From Candidatus Omnitrophota bacterium (GTDB taxonomy: Bacteria; Omnitrophota; Gorgyraeia; Gygaellales; Profunditerraquicolaceae), in contig JAHKAP010000002.1 of assembly GCA_018825985.1 (NCBI GenBank), positions 650 through 64,649 of the forward strand: DNA of 64,000 nucleotides, written 5' to 3'. Position numbers and translations under genes: made by a program. The notes under the pieces are model-generated. The model ran no database searches. It was not told where the DNA came from and was given only the letters and a program-made list of their open reading frames with translations. The stretch's first letter is position 1, and each line of letters starts with the position of its first letter. Shown here one piece after another: positions 26,103 to 37,823 of this stretch.

Positions 26103-26177
26103 ATGATTCCAGTGATTAAAAGGCAGATTACGGAGAATAAAACAATCGCTGAAATCTTATTTAAAATCTTTGTAATC
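26103..26177. repeat. Conserved intergenic element ATGATTCCAGnGATTAAAAGnCAGATTAC...AATCGCTGnAATCTT...AAAATCTTTGTAATC, copy 1 of 3
   Basis: Highly similar copies at 47061-47137 and 55277-55367. Contains AGATTAC/GTAATCT-type inverted segments. Confidence 0.8.
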
Positions 26178-26190
26178 AGTAACTAATAAT

Positions 26191-26340
26191 ATGCGTGAAA
26201 TTATTACATTAGAGTGTACGGTCTGTAAAAACAGAAATTACACTACGACCAAAAATAAGAAGAAGCACCAGGAAAAACTTGAAATTAAGAAATTCTGCAA
26301 GTGTTGCCGCAAGCATACTGTGCATAAAGAAATAAAATAG
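26191..26340 (+). CDS. rpmG: 50S ribosomal protein L33
   Basis: Translates to [49 protein letters not shown]. Not in the ORF track because it is short. Confidence 0.85.
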   Translation: MREIITLECTVCKNRNYTTTKNKKKHQEKLEIKKFCKCCRKHTVHKEIK

Positions 26341-26360
26341 CTCTAGTTAGTTCGGGTAAT

Positions 26361-26431
26361 AGGAGCGTCGGTTAATGGCAAACCAACGGTCTCCAAAACC
26401 GTAACTGCAGGTTCGACTCCTGCCGCTCCTG
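26361..26431 (+). tRNA. tRNA-Trp (anticodon CCA)
   Basis: AGGAGCG/CGCTCCT acceptor, anticodon stem ACGGT/ACCGT with loop CTCCAAA, T-arm GCAGGTTCGACTCCTGC. Classic position before secE. Confidence 0.85.
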
Positions 26432-26459
26432 AAAAAAAGAGCCGGGCTTAAAGAAAAAA

Positions 26460-26654
26460 ATGATAGCGATAATTAGTAAACCCATAAATTTTTTAAAAGA
26501 GGCTAAGGTCGAGCTATCCAAAGTTGCCTGGTCCACTAGGCAGGAATTAACCGGGGCGACCGTGGTAGTGATCGCCATTACTTTGATATTAGGAATTTTT
26601 ATCGGTATAATCGATCTTCTGCTTTCAAAGGGTTTAAGCTTAATATTAAAATGA
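26460..26654 (+). CDS. secE: Preprotein translocase subunit SecE
   Basis: 64 aa, single C-terminal TM helix. KVAWSTRQEL motif (compare KV.WP.R.E). Confidence 0.8.
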   Translation: MIAIISKPINFLKEAKVELSKVAWSTRQELTGATVVVIAITLILGIFIGIIDLLLSKGLSLILK

Positions 26655-27178
26655 AAAATTGGTACGTCGTCCACACCCAAACAGGATTAGAGGATAAAGT
26701 AAAGGCTGTATTGGAAAAGAAAATAATATCCAATAGCCTGCAGGAATTGATTTTTAAAATAGTCATACCTACTGAACAGATTTCCGAGGTCCGTTCGGGC
26801 AAACGCCGGGTCTCCGAGAGAAGGTTTTTTCCGGGCTATGTCATGGTAGAAATGGAGATGGACGATAAAACTTATTCATTCATTAAGAGCATACCCGGAG
26901 TTACCGGATTTATCGGTTCAGGCAGAAAACCTACGCCCCTGCCCCCCAGAGAAGTCGAGAACATCTTAAAAAGAACAGAAGAGACTAAAGCTAAGCCGTC
27001 CCCCCGGATAATTTTTGAAAAAGGCGAACAAGTGAGGGTCAAAGAAGGTCCATTTATGAATTTTAACGGCAGTATTGAAGAGATCCATCCGGAAAAAGGC
27101 AAACTAAAGGTTAGTATTTCCATATTCGGCAGGTCAACTCCGGTTGAATTGGAGTATTGGCAGGTGGAGAAGATATAA
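26651..27178 (+). CDS. nusG: Transcription antitermination factor NusG
   Basis: [18 protein letters not shown]-terminal NGN domain and C-terminal KOW. Follows secE. Confidence 0.9.
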   Translation: MKNWYVVHTQTGLEDKVKAVLEKKIISNSLQELIFKIVIPTEQISEVRSGKRRVSERRFFPGYVMVEMEMDDKTYSFIKSIPGVTGFIGSGRKPTPLPPREVENILKRTEETKAKPSPRIIFEKGEQVRVKEGPFMNFNGSIEEIHPEKGKLKVSISIFGRSTPVELEYWQVEKI

Positions 27179-27603
27179 TGGCAAAAAAGATTACCGCGCA
27201 GATTAAATTGCATGTTCCGGCGGCCCAGGCTAATCCAGCGCCTCCAGTAGGCCCGGCATTAGGACAACACGGGGTTAACATAATGCAGTTTTGTAAACAG
27301 TTTAACGATCAGACCAAAGGAAGGGACGGTTTGATCCTACCTGTTGTTATCAGTGTTTATGAGGACAGGACCTTCACCTTTATAATAAAGAGCCCTCCTT
27401 CATCGGTACTTTTAAAACGATCGGCGAATCTGGCTAAGGCATCGGGGACCGCCGGCAGAGAAGTTATCGGTAAGGTAACTTTAAAGCAGGTCGAAGAGAT
27501 AGCTAAACTTAAAATGAAGGACCTAAATACCTCTGATCTAGACGAGGCCATTAAAACAGTAAAAGGCACTGCCCGTAGCATGGGTTTAGCGGTTGAGGGA
27601 TAG
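27178..27603 (+). CDS. rplK: 50S ribosomal protein L11
   Basis: [43 protein letters not shown]. Start at the ATG at 27178 (TAATG overlap with nusG). Confidence 0.9.
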   Translation: MAKKITAQIKLHVPAAQANPAPPVGPALGQHGVNIMQFCKQFNDQTKGRDGLILPVVISVYEDRTFTFIIKSPPSSVLLKRSANLAKASGTAGREVIGKVTLKQVEEIAKLKMKDLNTSDLDEAIKTVKGTARSMGLAVEG

Positions 27604-27608
27604 TAAAT

Positions 27609-28289
27609 ATGAAAGCGCGCAGCAAAAGGTATAAGGAATCTGAAAAACAGGCAGATAAAAATAAGGTATATTCGCTTAAAGAAGCGGTGGCCTGCATTAA
27701 AAAGTCAGCGTCGCCGAAATTTGACGCTTCAATCGATATTCATTTCATGCTTAATATTGATCCTAAAAAATCCGAACAAATGGTAAGAGGCACAGTCCTT
27801 CTGCCTCATGGGACCGGAAAACAGGTCAGGGTGGCGGTTTTTTGCAAAGGAGAATTTGAGCAGCTGGCTAAAGAAGCCAAAGCCGACTTAGTCGGTTCTA
27901 ACGAACTTATTGATAAAGTAGCCGGCGGTTTTTTAGATTTTGACTGTGTTATCGCAACTCCGGACATGATGAAAGACCTGAGTAAATTAGGCAAGGTTTT
28001 GGGGCCCAGGGGGCTGATGCCTTCGCCAAAAACCGGAACCGTAACTAATGATATTGTTAAAGCAATTAATGACGTAAAAAAAGGAAAAGTCGAGTTCAGG
28101 GTGGATAAACAGGGCGGCATTCATTTATCCGTAGGCAAGGTTTCATTCTCCGAAGAGAAGATAACGGAAAACGCCTCCTGCGTAATCAAGGCCGTTAATG
28201 AAGCGAAACCAACGACTATAAAAGGTAAGTTCGTCGAAGGTTTATCAATTTCATCAACTATGAATCCCGGGTTTAAGCTGGAAATATAA
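27609..28289 (+). CDS. rplA: 50S ribosomal protein L1
   Basis: 226 aa, KRYKESEKQADKNKVYSLKEAV...; follows rplK. Confidence 0.9.
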   Translation: MKARSKRYKESEKQADKNKVYSLKEAVACIKKSASPKFDASIDIHFMLNIDPKKSEQMVRGTVLLPHGTGKQVRVAVFCKGEFEQLAKEAKADLVGSNELIDKVAGGFLDFDCVIATPDMMKDLSKLGKVLGPRGLMPSPKTGTVTNDIVKAINDVKKGKVEFRVDKQGGIHLSVGKVSFSEEKITENASCVIKAVNEAKPTTIKGKFVEGLSISSTMNPGFKLEI

Positions 28290-28291
28290 AT

Positions 28292-28816
28292 ATGAAAAAA
28301 ATCGGATTAGTATTTAAGGAGGTTTCGTCAAATCGCATCAAAAATGCCATAGAAGGTTCTGAGAGTTTTTTTGTGATCAAATATTCAGGCCTTTCCTCAC
28401 CAGACCTGTCATCTTTGAGGCAGGCATTGAAAGCTGAAAGCGCCTCCTGTTTTGTGGTAAGGAATAAAGTGGCTCAAAAGACCTTAAAGGATAAATCGCT
28501 GGATAGCCTGATCAAACTTATCGAGGGGCCTTGCGGCCTGGTATTTATTAAGGATGAACCGGTAAGCGTATCCAAACTTTTGTGTAATTTTGCCAAGGAC
28601 CATGAAAAACTAATATTAGAAGGTGGGTATTTAAAAGACAAAATCATAGAGAAAAAAGATATTTTAGCGATGGCTAAGCTTCCTGGTAAGGACGCCCTAA
28701 GGGCTCAGGTAGTGATGACCTTAAATTCACCGATTGTCAAATTGGTGATGGTATTGAATGGAAATTTAAGGAAATTGGTCAGTTGTTTAGATCAAATAAA
28801 GAAGAAAAAACAATAA
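28292..28816 (+). CDS. rplJ: 50S ribosomal protein L10
   Basis: 174 aa, position between rplA and rplL. Confidence 0.85.
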   Translation: MKKIGLVFKEVSSNRIKNAIEGSESFFVIKYSGLSSPDLSSLRQALKAESASCFVVRNKVAQKTLKDKSLDSLIKLIEGPCGLVFIKDEPVSVSKLLCNFAKDHEKLILEGGYLKDKIIEKKDILAMAKLPGKDALRAQVVMTLNSPIVKLVMVLNGNLRKLVSCLDQIKKKKQ

Positions 28817-28900
28817 CTGAATATCCTTAGACCCGCTCTCGCGGGGCTAAAGGATCAATTTTCCTGCGGTAACGCGGGAGAAAATTGAGGAGGAAGTAAA

Positions 28901-29284
28901 ATGGCAAAGTTAGAGGAAATGATCAAATCGATCGAAGAAATGACAGTCCTGGAACTGGCGGATCTGGTCAAGGCTTTGGAAGATAAATTCGGGGTTCAGG
29001 CAAATATGCCGATGATGGCAGCTCCAATGGCAGGCGGACAAGCTGGCGGGGCCTCTCCTGTTGCGGAGGAGAAGACTGCTTTTACCGTAGTATTAGCAAG
29101 CGCTGGCGGAAGCAAGATCTCTGTAATTAAAGAGGTAAGAGCGATGACCAGTTTAGGATTAAAGGAAGCTAAGGACCTGGTTGACGCTGCTCCTAAGCCG
29201 GTTAAAGAGGGCGTTACAAAAGAAGAAGCTGAAGATATGAAGAAGAAACTGGAAGCGGCCGGCGCAACAGTAGAATTAAAATAA
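28901..29284 (+). CDS. rplL: 50S ribosomal protein L7/L12
   Basis: [32 protein letters not shown]...[43 protein letters not shown]. Confidence 0.95.
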   Translation: MAKLEEMIKSIEEMTVLELADLVKALEDKFGVQANMPMMAAPMAGGQAGGASPVAEEKTAFTVVLASAGGSKISVIKEVRAMTSLGLKEAKDLVDAAPKPVKEGVTKEEAEDMKKKLEAAGATVELK

Positions 29285-29314
29285 CAGATCCTTTACCTAT
29301 ATATAGCATAGAAT

Positions 29315-32300
29315 ATGCTTAATAAGCGCAAAAATTTCGCTAAATTCAAAGAGATATACGATCTGCCTAATTTTCTGGATATACAGACCGAGTCTTACCG
29401 TGAGTTCCTTCAGATTAATGCCGCTCAAGGGGATATAAAAACTCAAGGGTTGCAGGAGGTTTTTGAAGACACCTTCCCGATCGAGAATACTGACCGGACT
29501 GTGCGCCTGGAATTCGTAAATTATACCCTTGGCAAGCCTAAATACAATGTTGGTGAATGTAAAAAAAGGTCGTTGACTTATGCTGCTCCGCTTAAAGTTA
29601 GATTCCGCTTAACTACTCCTCAGGAGATCAAAGAGCAAGATGCTTATTTTGGGGAGCTGCCTTTGATGACCGATACCGGAAGTTTTATTATTAACGGAGA
29701 TGAGCGTGTAGTAGTTAGCCAGTTACAGCGTTCACCTGGAGTTTCTTTTGAGGAAGAGGAGCATCCAACTGGAAAGAGCGTGTATCAGGGCAGGATTATA
29801 CCCTACCGCGGGGCTTGGCTAGAATTCAAATATGACCTTTCTGAGACCATCCTGGCTTATGTGGATAGGCGCAGGAATTTTCCAGCTACCCAGATCTTAA
29901 GGATTTTAGGCTATTCAACTGACAACGATATTATTTCCGCATTCTCAAAGGATTTTCCGGAAATTAGAAATACCCTGAAAAAAGATTATACTAAAAACAA
30001 GGAAGAGGCCTATCTTGATTTCTACCGTAAAATGCGGCCGACTGATCCGATAACCAAGGAGGCGGCAGAGGCTTTATTCTATCGTCTATTTTTTGACCCT
30101 AATCGTTACGATCTAGAGAGAGCAGGAAGGTTTGTGCTTAACCGTAAATTAGAGATGGAAGTTTCTTTAGATAAGAGGATCCTGGATTCAGCCACAGTAA
30201 TTAAAGTAATAGAATATTTGATCAAGCTTAAAGAAGGTGAAGGAAAAATCGATGATATCGATCATTTAGGCAATCGCAGGATCAAGACTGTCGGCGAACT
30301 GGTCCAAAATCAGGTCAGGATCGGGATGAGCCGGATCGAGCGTTCGATCAGGGAGAAGATCGGTGTATTAAGCGATCTAAGCGCATTAAATGTGCATACC
30401 CTGATAAATTCGAAATTATTTTCCACCCAGCTGCATGATTTTTTCGGCCGCAGCCAGTTGTCTCAGTTTATGGATCAGGTTAACCCCTTAGCTGAAATTA
30501 CCCATAAACGCAGGTTAAGCGCTTTAGGACCTGGCGGGTTATCCCGCGAACGGGCTGGATTTGAAGTCAGGGATATCCATCCTTCGCATTACGGAAGAGT
30601 CTGCCCTATAGAAACTCCTGAGGGCCCGAATATCGGCTTGATTGCTTCTTTAAGTACCTATGCCCGGGTTAATCCTTTAGGCTTATTGGAGACTCCTTAT
30701 AGGAAAGCCGAAGATGGCAGGGTTACTAAAAAGATTGAATATCTGACTGCCGATATTGAAGAAGGGAAGATAATTGCTCAGGCTAACGTGCCCTTGGATG
30801 GCGATGGTTATTTCGTAGAAAAAGAGGTTTCTTGTCGTTTTAAAGGCGATTTTCCTAAAGTAAGCCCTAAACAGGTTGAATATATGGATGTTTCTCCAAA
30901 ACAGCTGGTCTCGGTTGCCGCTTCATTGATTCCGTTTTTAGAGCATGATGACGCTAACCGGGCGCTTATGGGTTCAAACATGCAGAGGCAGGGCGTTCCC
31001 TTGATGATTAATGAATCTCCGATCGTAGGTACGGGTATGGAAGAAAAAGTTGCTTATGATTCAGGCACTGTTGTTATTGCTGAGGAATCAGGTAAGGTCA
31101 CCAGGGTTGACGGAGCCTCTATAACCGCAGGCAAGAAAACGTATGCTTTAAAGAAATTCCTGCGTACTAATGCCGATACCTGTTTAAATCAAAGGCCGAT
31201 AGTTAAGCTTGGTGAGCATGTGGAAAAAGGCCAGGTTATTGCCGATGGTATGTGTACCAAAAACGCTGAATTGGCCTTAGGCAAAAATGTTATGGTGGCT
31301 TTTATGCCCTGGAGAGGGTTTAATTTTGAGGATGCTATTGTTATCAGCGAGAAACTGGTAAAGGAGGATGTATTTACCTCTATTCATGTAAAAGAATTTG
31401 AGATTGAGGCTATTGAGACCCGGTTAGGTAATGAAGAAATTACCCGCGATATTCCCAATGTCAGCGAAGATTCATTAAACAACCTGGATCAGGATGGTAT
31501 TGTCCGGATCGGGGCTGAAGTAGGCCCTGGAGATATATTGGTAGGTAAGGTTACTCCAAAAACTGAATCCGAGCTTTCCCCTGAAGAAAGGCTCTTAAGG
31601 GCTATATTCGGCGAAAAGGCTTCGGATGTCCGGGATACTTCCTTAATCGTTCCGCCGGGAGTTGAAGGCGTAGTGGTAGACGTGCATATATTCCAGCGCA
31701 AGGACCGGGGCAGGAAGTCTAAAGAAGAAAAAAGCAAAGAACTGGCCAAGGTCAGAGAGTTGAAAGCTTACTATAAGCAGGAAGTTGAATTCCTGCAAGT
31801 TGAGAAGGCCAGCCGCCTGGCCCATCTTTTAGGCATTGATAAGTCTAAGATCGAGAAAATAGATTTTGAAGAGAGTGATAATGAAGAAGCCAAAATAGTG
31901 GCTAATTCATATGATGAGCAGATCCGTGAGCTGTTGAATGAACAGCAGCAGGAAATAGATAAAGTAAGGCGCGGAGATGAATTGCCTCCGGGCGTATTAA
32001 AGCGGGTTGTGGCTTATGTTGCTACCAAAAGAAAGCTTGCCGTAGGCGATAAACTATCGGGCCGCCACGGCAACAAAGGCGTGGTAGCCAAGATATTGCC
32101 TGAATACAGTATGCCTTATCTGCCGGACGGAACTCCGGTGGAAATGATCTTAAATCCATTAGGCGTGCCTTCACGTATGAACGTGGGGCAGATATTAGAG
32201 ACCCATTTAGGCTGGGCAGCCAAAGCTTTAGGGATCAGTATTATGACTCCGGTATTTGATGGGGCTAAAGAAATCGAGGTCAAAGAGATGTTAAAAAAAG

Positions 32301-32731
32301 CAGGCCTGCCTGAAGATGGCAAGACCATGCTTTTTGACGGATACACCGGCGAATCATTTAATCAGACGATCACCGTTGGTTATATTTATATGATGAAATT
32401 GATCCATTTGGTGGACGAAAAGATACATGCCCGCTCTATCGGCCCATATTCATTGGTAACTCAGCAGCCTTTGGGCGGCAAAGCCCAGTTTGGCGGCCAG
32501 AGGTTAGGTGAAATGGAAGTTTGGGCCCTGGAAGCTTACGGCGCTGCTTTTACTTTGCAAGAGATGTTGACGGTGAAAAGCGATGACGTAAACGGAAGAA
32601 CTAAGATCTACGAAGCAATAGTTAAAGGAGAACAACATTTAACTCACGGCACTCCTGAATCCTTTAATGTTCTGGTAAAGGAATTACAGGGTTTAGGATT
32701 AGATGTCCGTTTAGAGAAAGCAGCCAAATAA
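29315..32731 (+). CDS. rpoB: DNA-directed RNA polymerase beta subunit
   Basis: 1138 aa. Conserved blocks [72 protein letters not shown]. Confidence 0.95.
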   Translation: MLNKRKNFAKFKEIYDLPNFLDIQTESYREFLQINAAQGDIKTQGLQEVFEDTFPIENTDRTVRLEFVNYTLGKPKYNVGECKKRSLTYAAPLKVRFRLTTPQEIKEQDAYFGELPLMTDTGSFIINGDERVVVSQLQRSPGVSFEEEEHPTGKSVYQGRIIPYRGAWLEFKYDLSETILAYVDRRRNFPATQILRILGYSTDNDIISAFSKDFPEIRNTLKKDYTKNKEEAYLDFYRKMRPTDPITKEAAEALFYRLFFDPNRYDLERAGRFVLNRKLEMEVSLDKRILDSATVIKVIEYLIKLKEGEGKIDDIDHLGNRRIKTVGELVQNQVRIGMSRIERSIREKIGVLSDLSALNVHTLINSKLFSTQLHDFFGRSQLSQFMDQVNPLAEITHKRRLSALGPGGLSRERAGFEVRDIHPSHYGRVCPIETPEGPNIGLIASLSTYARVNPLGLLETPYRKAEDGRVTKKIEYLTADIEEGKIIAQANVPLDGDGYFVEKEVSCRFKGDFPKVSPKQVEYMDVSPKQLVSVAASLIPFLEHDDANRALMGSNMQRQGVPLMINESPIVGTGMEEKVAYDSGTVVIAEESGKVTRVDGASITAGKKTYALKKFLRTNADTCLNQRPIVKLGEHVEKGQVIADGMCTKNAELALGKNVMVAFMPWRGFNFEDAIVISEKLVKEDVFTSIHVKEFEIEAIETRLGNEEITRDIPNVSEDSLNNLDQDGIVRIGAEVGPGDILVGKVTPKTESELSPEERLLRAIFGEKASDVRDTSLIVPPGVEGVVVDVHIFQRKDRGRKSKEEKSKELAKVRELKAYYKQEVEFLQVEKASRLAHLLGIDKSKIEKIDFEESDNEEAKIVANSYDEQIRELLNEQQQEIDKVRRGDELPPGVLKRVVAYVATKRKLAVGDKLSGRHGNKGVVAKILPEYSMPYLPDGTPVEMILNPLGVPSRMNVGQILETHLGWAAKALGISIMTPVFDGAKEIEVKEMLKKAGLPEDGKTMLFDGYTGESFNQTITVGYIYMMKLIHLVDEKIHARSIGPYSLVTQQPLGGKAQFGGQRLGEMEVWALEAYGAAFTLQEMLTVKSDDVNGRTKIYEAIVKGEQHLTHGTPESFNVLVKELQGLGLDVRLEKAAK

Positions 32732-35700
32732 TGCCAGAAAATCTAGCATTTGATAGTATAACGATTAAATTAGCTTCGCCGGCAGTCATCCATTCATGGT
32801 CTAAGGGAGAAGTCAGAAAGGCTGAAACTGTAAATTACCGGACTTTAAAACCGGAAAAGGACGGCCTCTTCTGCGAAAAGATTTTTGGGCCGGTCAGGGA
32901 CTGGGAATGTAACTGCGGTAAATATAAAGGAATAAAATTTAAAGGTATTACCTGCGACCGCTGCGGTGTTATAGTGGATCATTCCTCAATAAGAAGAGAG
33001 CGGATGGGCCATATCGAGTTAGCCGCGCCTGTAATGCATATCTGGTTTTTTAAGGTAGTCCCCAGCAGGCTTTCAGCGCTATTGGATATAAACTTAAGAG
33101 AACTGGAAAAAGTTATATATTATGAAGAGTATGTGGTTATTGACCCCGGGACCACCCCTTTAAAGAAAAAAGAATTACTTACTGAAGATAAGTACCAGGA
33201 GGCATTTGATAAATACGGCTCTAAATTCAAGGCAAAAATGGGAGCGGAAGCAGTTCAGGACCTGTTAAAAGAAGTTGATCTTGATGCCGCCTGCCGCAAA
33301 CTTCGCCGGGATCTGGAAAAATCCAAGGAGGTCCTGAGCAATCGTAAATCATTAAAAAATCTAAAGATAGTCGAAGATTTCCGTAAATCCGCAAACAAGC
33401 CGGAATGGATGATCATGGATGTTCTGCCGGTAATTCCTCCTGATTTAAGACCGTTAGTTCCTTTAGAGGGGGGCAGATTCGCTACATCTGATCTTAATGA
33501 TCTATACCGCAGGGTAATCAACCGGAATAACCGTTTAAAGAAACTAATTGAATTAAGCGCGCCCGATATAATCGTGCGTAATGAGAAGCGCATGCTTCAG
33601 GAGGCAGTTGACGCGCTTTTAGATAATGGAAGGCATGGCCGGGCAGTCGTGGGCAGTAATAACCGTCCTTTAAAATCGCTCTCTGATATGCTTAAAGGTA
33701 AACAGGGCCGGTTCCGCCAGAATCTTTTAGGTAAGCGCGTAGATTATTCCGGCCGTTCGGTAATTGTAGTGGGCCCTGAGTTAAAACTGCATGAATGCGG
33801 GCTTCCTAAGCAGATGGCCCTGGAATTATTTGAGCCGTTTATAATTAAGAAATTAAAAGAAAAGGGGTTTGTCCATACTATTAAAGGCGCGCGCAGGATG
33901 GTTGGCCATGGAAAAATAGAGGTCTGGGATATGCTGGATGAGGTGATCAAAGACCACCCTGTGCTTTTAAACCGCGCTCCTACATTGCATCGTTTAAGCA
34001 TCCAGGCGTTTCAGCCTGTTTTGATCGAAGGAAAGGCGATTAAGATCCATCCTTTAGTCTGCGCCGGGTTTAATGCTGATTTTGACGGCGACCAGATGGC
34101 AGTGCATGTCCCCTTGTCTATCGAGTCCCAGACTGAATGTAAAGTTTTAATGCTATCGGTTAATAATGTTTTTTCTCCTGCCCATGGCCGGCCGGTGGTC
34201 ACGCCCAGCCAGGATATAGTTTTAGGGCTTTCTTATCTATCCAAGGAAAGGCCCGGGGCAAAAGGTGAAAATAAATTATTCGCGAATAATGACGAAGTTA
34301 TCGTGGCAAATAATGATAAAGAAGTAGAACTTAATGCTAAGATAAAATTAAGAGTATATTCGGTATATGACCTATCCGAAAAGAAAGTGATTTCCGGCAG
34401 ACAGATCATAAATACCACTGTAGGCAGAGTTATATTCAATCAGATCCTTCCCGATGGTTTTGGTTTTGTAAATCGGGAATTAAATAAGAGTAATGTAGGA
34501 GAGGTAGTTGCTGAATGCTATAAACGGTTCGGACACGAGCGGGCGATCCAGCTATTAGATGATATCAAGGGTTTGGGTTTTGAGGCCGCCACGCTCGGCG
34601 GCATTTCAATAGGTATTGATGATTTGGTAATTCCAAAAGCTAAACAGGAAGTATTAAAGGAAGCCAGGGCCGAGGTGGCAAAAGTCGAGGATCAGTACCG
34701 TAAAGGTATTATTACCGACCGGGAACGTTTTAATAAGGTTATTGATATCTGGACTCATGTTACGGATAAAGTTTCAGATATGTTGTTCAAAGAGATGGAG
34801 CCTTTTAATCCTATATTTATGATGGCTGATAGCGGCGCCAGGGGTTCGAGGATGCAGGTCAGACAGTTAGCCGGGATGAGAGGGTTAATGGCTAAGCCAT
34901 CGGGCGAGATTATTGAAAACCCGATTACCGCGAATTTCAAAGAAGGATTGACGGTTTTGGAATATTTTATTTCTACCCACGGCGCCAGGAAGGGTTTGGC
35001 TGATACCGCCCTTAAGACCGCTGACGCCGGATACCTGACCCGCAGGTTGGTTGATGTTTGTCAGGAGATAATTATTACTGAAGATGACTGTGGCACCTTA
35101 AACGGTATAACTGTCCAGGCTATTACTGAGGGAAATGAATTAGTAGTAAGTTTGAAGGATCGGATTGTTGGCAGGGTGGCCTTGGATAATATAGTTGATA
35201 TTATTACCGATGAAGTCATTGTTGAACAAGGCGAGCAGATTACCGATGAAAAAGCCGATATGATCGATAAATTAGGGATCGAGAAGATCCGGATCCGCAG
35301 TGTCCTTACCTGCGAATCTGAACGGGGCGTATGCATTAAGTGTTACGGCCGCAATCTCGCTACCGGCAGATTAGTAGAAGCAGGCGAGGCAGTGGGTGTA
35401 ATTGCCGCCCAAAGCATCGGCGAACCCGGTACCCAGCTCACCCTTAGGACTTTCCATATCGGTGGAACGGCTTCCCGCAGCGTTGAACAGTCACGGATTA
35501 ATGCCAAGAATAAAGGTTTTATCAAGTACCACAATTTAAGGATCGCTCCCAAGAAAAAAGAATTTGTACTTTTAAATCGTAATGGTTCAATAAGCATTAA
35601 TGATAAAGACGGCCGGGAGTTAGAGCGTTATCTCGTGCCCCAGGGCTCTTTTATCGCTTTTAATGATGGTGATGAGATCAATAAGGGGATTTCATTCGTT

Positions 35701-36774
35701 CATTGGGATCCATATACCGCGCCCATACTTACCGAGGTTAGCGGGATCGTAAAATATGAAGATTTAAAGGAAAAGGTCTCGGTTGTCCAGGAAGTTAATC
35801 CGGTTACTAAGTCAATTGAGCAGGTGGTAGTTGAGCACAAAGCGGATTACCATCCTCAGATCGTTATATTGGATAATAAAAAAGAAGTTATGGGTATTTA
35901 TCCTATTCCTATCGGCGCGCACATTCTGGTTAAAGATGGCCAGGCTATTGAGGCCGGCGATCTTTTGGCTAAGATACCTCGTTTAACCGTAAAGACCAGG
36001 GATATTACCGGTGGTCTGCCTAGAGTCGCTGAATTATTTGAAGCCAGGAGGCCTAAGGACCCGGCAGTTATCAGTGAAATAGATGGTTTTGTCGAGTTCG
36101 GAGAGACTAAAAAAGGACAGAGAGTGATCGTAGTTAAATCTCCTACCGGCATGCAAAGGGAATATGTAATTCCTCACGGTAAACATCCTAATGTTTATAA
36201 GGGTGATAGGGTTACTGCCGGCCAGCAGTTAACCGACGGTCCGGTCGTATTGCAGGATATTTTAAGGGTCTGCGGGGACAAGGTCCTGCAGGAATACCTG
36301 GTTAATGAAGTCCAGGAAGTATACCGGCTTCAGGGCGTGCATATTAACGATAAGCATATCGAGTTAATCATCCGCCAGATGCTGAAAAAAATCAGAGTGG
36401 AAGATCCAGGCGATACTGAATTCCTGGCTCTGCAGCAGGTGGATAAATGGAGATTTCAGAAAGAGAATGCCCGGGTGATCAAGAAAGGCGCTAAGCCGGC
36501 CCAGGCCACTCCTTTATTATTGGGTATAACCAAGGCCTCTTTGACCACTGAGAGTTTTATCTCCGCGGCCAGTTTTCAGGAGACCACCCGCATGCTTACT
36601 GACGCGGCCACGTCTGGAAAACGCGATGAACTTTTCGGATTAAAAGAGAATATTATTGTCGGCCACCTAATTCCGGCGGGAACCGGTTATCCTATACATC
36701 GGGATATCACAGTAGTAAAATTAAATAAAGAAACCAAGGAAAAAGAAACCTCTAAAGAAACTAAAAAGGAATAA
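32731..36774 (+). CDS. rpoC: DNA-directed RNA polymerase beta' subunit
   Basis: 1347 aa. Zn finger CNCGKYKG...CDRCGV, catalytic [16 protein letters not shown], trigger loop and other conserved blocks. Confidence 0.95.
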   Translation: MPENLAFDSITIKLASPAVIHSWSKGEVRKAETVNYRTLKPEKDGLFCEKIFGPVRDWECNCGKYKGIKFKGITCDRCGVIVDHSSIRRERMGHIELAAPVMHIWFFKVVPSRLSALLDINLRELEKVIYYEEYVVIDPGTTPLKKKELLTEDKYQEAFDKYGSKFKAKMGAEAVQDLLKEVDLDAACRKLRRDLEKSKEVLSNRKSLKNLKIVEDFRKSANKPEWMIMDVLPVIPPDLRPLVPLEGGRFATSDLNDLYRRVINRNNRLKKLIELSAPDIIVRNEKRMLQEAVDALLDNGRHGRAVVGSNNRPLKSLSDMLKGKQGRFRQNLLGKRVDYSGRSVIVVGPELKLHECGLPKQMALELFEPFIIKKLKEKGFVHTIKGARRMVGHGKIEVWDMLDEVIKDHPVLLNRAPTLHRLSIQAFQPVLIEGKAIKIHPLVCAGFNADFDGDQMAVHVPLSIESQTECKVLMLSVNNVFSPAHGRPVVTPSQDIVLGLSYLSKERPGAKGENKLFANNDEVIVANNDKEVELNAKIKLRVYSVYDLSEKKVISGRQIINTTVGRVIFNQILPDGFGFVNRELNKSNVGEVVAECYKRFGHERAIQLLDDIKGLGFEAATLGGISIGIDDLVIPKAKQEVLKEARAEVAKVEDQYRKGIITDRERFNKVIDIWTHVTDKVSDMLFKEMEPFNPIFMMADSGARGSRMQVRQLAGMRGLMAKPSGEIIENPITANFKEGLTVLEYFISTHGARKGLADTALKTADAGYLTRRLVDVCQEIIITEDDCGTLNGITVQAITEGNELVVSLKDRIVGRVALDNIVDIITDEVIVEQGEQITDEKADMIDKLGIEKIRIRSVLTCESERGVCIKCYGRNLATGRLVEAGEAVGVIAAQSIGEPGTQLTLRTFHIGGTASRSVEQSRINAKNKGFIKYHNLRIAPKKKEFVLLNRNGSISINDKDGRELERYLVPQGSFIAFNDGDEINKGISFVHWDPYTAPILTEVSGIVKYEDLKEKVSVVQEVNPVTKSIEQVVVEHKADYHPQIVILDNKKEVMGIYPIPIGAHILVKDGQAIEAGDLLAKIPRLTVKTRDITGGLPRVAELFEARRPKDPAVISEIDGFVEFGETKKGQRVIVVKSPTGMQREYVIPHGKHPNVYKGDRVTAGQQLTDGPVVLQDILRVCGDKVLQEYLVNEVQEVYRLQGVHINDKHIELIIRQMLKKIRVEDPGDTEFLALQQVDKWRFQKENARVIKKGAKPAQATPLLLGITKASLTTESFISAASFQETTRMLTDAATSGKRDELFGLKENIIVGHLIPAGTGYPIHRDITVVKLNKETKEKETSKETKKE

Positions 36775-36779
36775 AAGTT

Positions 36780-37157
36780 ATGCCTACTATCTCACAACTG
36801 ATTAGATTCAGCCGTAATTCCAAGGTGAAGAAATCCAAATCCATGGCTTTAAAGTCCTGCCCGCAGCGCAGGGGTGTTTGCATTCAGGTTAAGACTATGA
36901 CACCGAAAAAGCCGAATTCAGCGCTGAGAAAGATCGCCAGGGTGAGGCTTACCACTGGGATCGAGGTAACCGCTTATATTCCCGGAGAAGGCCATAATTT
37001 ACAGGAGCATTCCATAGTATTAGTAAGAGGCGGCAGGGTAAAAGACCTTCCGGGTGTAAGATATCATATAGTCAGAGGAACTCTGGATGCGGCAGGAGTA
37101 AATCAGCGAAGGAAATCCCGCTCAAAATACGGGGCAAAAATGCCGAAGGCAGCATAA
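36780..37157 (+). CDS. rpsL: 30S ribosomal protein S12
   Basis: [62 protein letters not shown]. Confidence 0.95.
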   Translation: MPTISQLIRFSRNSKVKKSKSMALKSCPQRRGVCIQVKTMTPKKPNSALRKIARVRLTTGIEVTAYIPGEGHNLQEHSIVLVRGGRVKDLPGVRYHIVRGTLDAAGVNQRRKSRSKYGAKMPKAA

Positions 37158-37164
37158 AAAAGGG

Positions 37165-37247
37165 CACGGATACACGCGGATAAAAGAACGGATTAACACG
37201 GATAAAATCTGTGAAAATTCCGTGTAAAAAATCCGTGGAAATCGGTG
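37165..37247. repeat. Iteron-like array: four CACGGAT-type direct heptamers then four inverted copies (ATCCGTG) at about 10-11 bp spacing
   Basis: CACGGAT, CGCGGAT, AACGGAT, CACGGAT, then ATCTGTG, TTCCGTG, ATCCGTG, ATCGGTG. Inside the str operon between rpsL and rpsG. Confidence 0.8.
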
Positions 37248-37254
37248 TAAAAAA

Positions 37255-37725
37255 ATGAGAAGAAAAAGGGTATTCAGAAAAGAAACTTTATCAGATCCTA
37301 AATATAACAATAAGATAGTCGGTAAATTTATTAATATGGTTATGTTGGAAGGTAAAAAGTCCGTGGCAGAAAGGATAGTTTACGGAGCGTTTGAATCCGT
37401 AAAAAAGCACCTCAATGAACCGGATGTGATAAAAGTATTTAATAAGGCTATTGATAATGTGCGTCCCCGCCTGGAGGTAAAGCCCCGCAGGGTGGGAGGC
37501 GCGACATACCAGGTTCCGATCGAGGTCAGGCAGGACCGCGGGGCATCAATCGCTTTACGCTGGATACGGGATTTTGCCAAGAATAAAAAAGGTAAATCCA
37601 TGAAAGAAAAACTAGCCGACGAGATCATGTCTGCTTATAAAGGCGAAGGTTCGGCGATCAAGAAAAGGGATGATACGCATAAAATGGCGGATTCAAATAA
37701 GGCCTTTGCCCATTTTAGGTGGTAA
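37255..37725 (+). CDS. rpsG: 30S ribosomal protein S7
   Basis: 156 aa. MRRKRVFRKETLSDPKYNN.IVGKFIN.VM..GKKS.AERIVY. Confidence 0.95.
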   Translation: MRRKRVFRKETLSDPKYNNKIVGKFINMVMLEGKKSVAERIVYGAFESVKKHLNEPDVIKVFNKAIDNVRPRLEVKPRRVGGATYQVPIEVRQDRGASIALRWIRDFAKNKKGKSMKEKLADEIMSAYKGEGSAIKKRDDTHKMADSNKAFAHFRW

Positions 37726-37735
37726 GCTTTAAATG

Positions 37736-37812
37736 CAGGGACGGTTCTGAAACTGATCTTAAACTGTCCCCAAAAAAGGGACACTTTAGCTTTGATTTCA
37801 GAACCGTCCCTG
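37736..37812. repeat. Nested palindrome, GGGACGGTTCT family copy C. Outer stem CAGGGACGGTTCTGA/TCAGAACCGTCCCTG; inner hairpin CTGTCCCCaaaaaaGGGACAC.
   Basis: Read directly. Sits 11 nt upstream of the fusA start codon, inside the normally contiguous rpsG-fusA junction. Confidence 0.85.
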
Positions 37813-37823
37813 ACTGAAAGAAT

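Noticed and set aside
28817-28900. Hairpins (CCCGCtctcGCGGG and others) in the rplJ-rplL gap as a novel element
   Set aside because: A structured rplJ-rplL intergenic region is a well-known feature of this operon, so it is not unusual.
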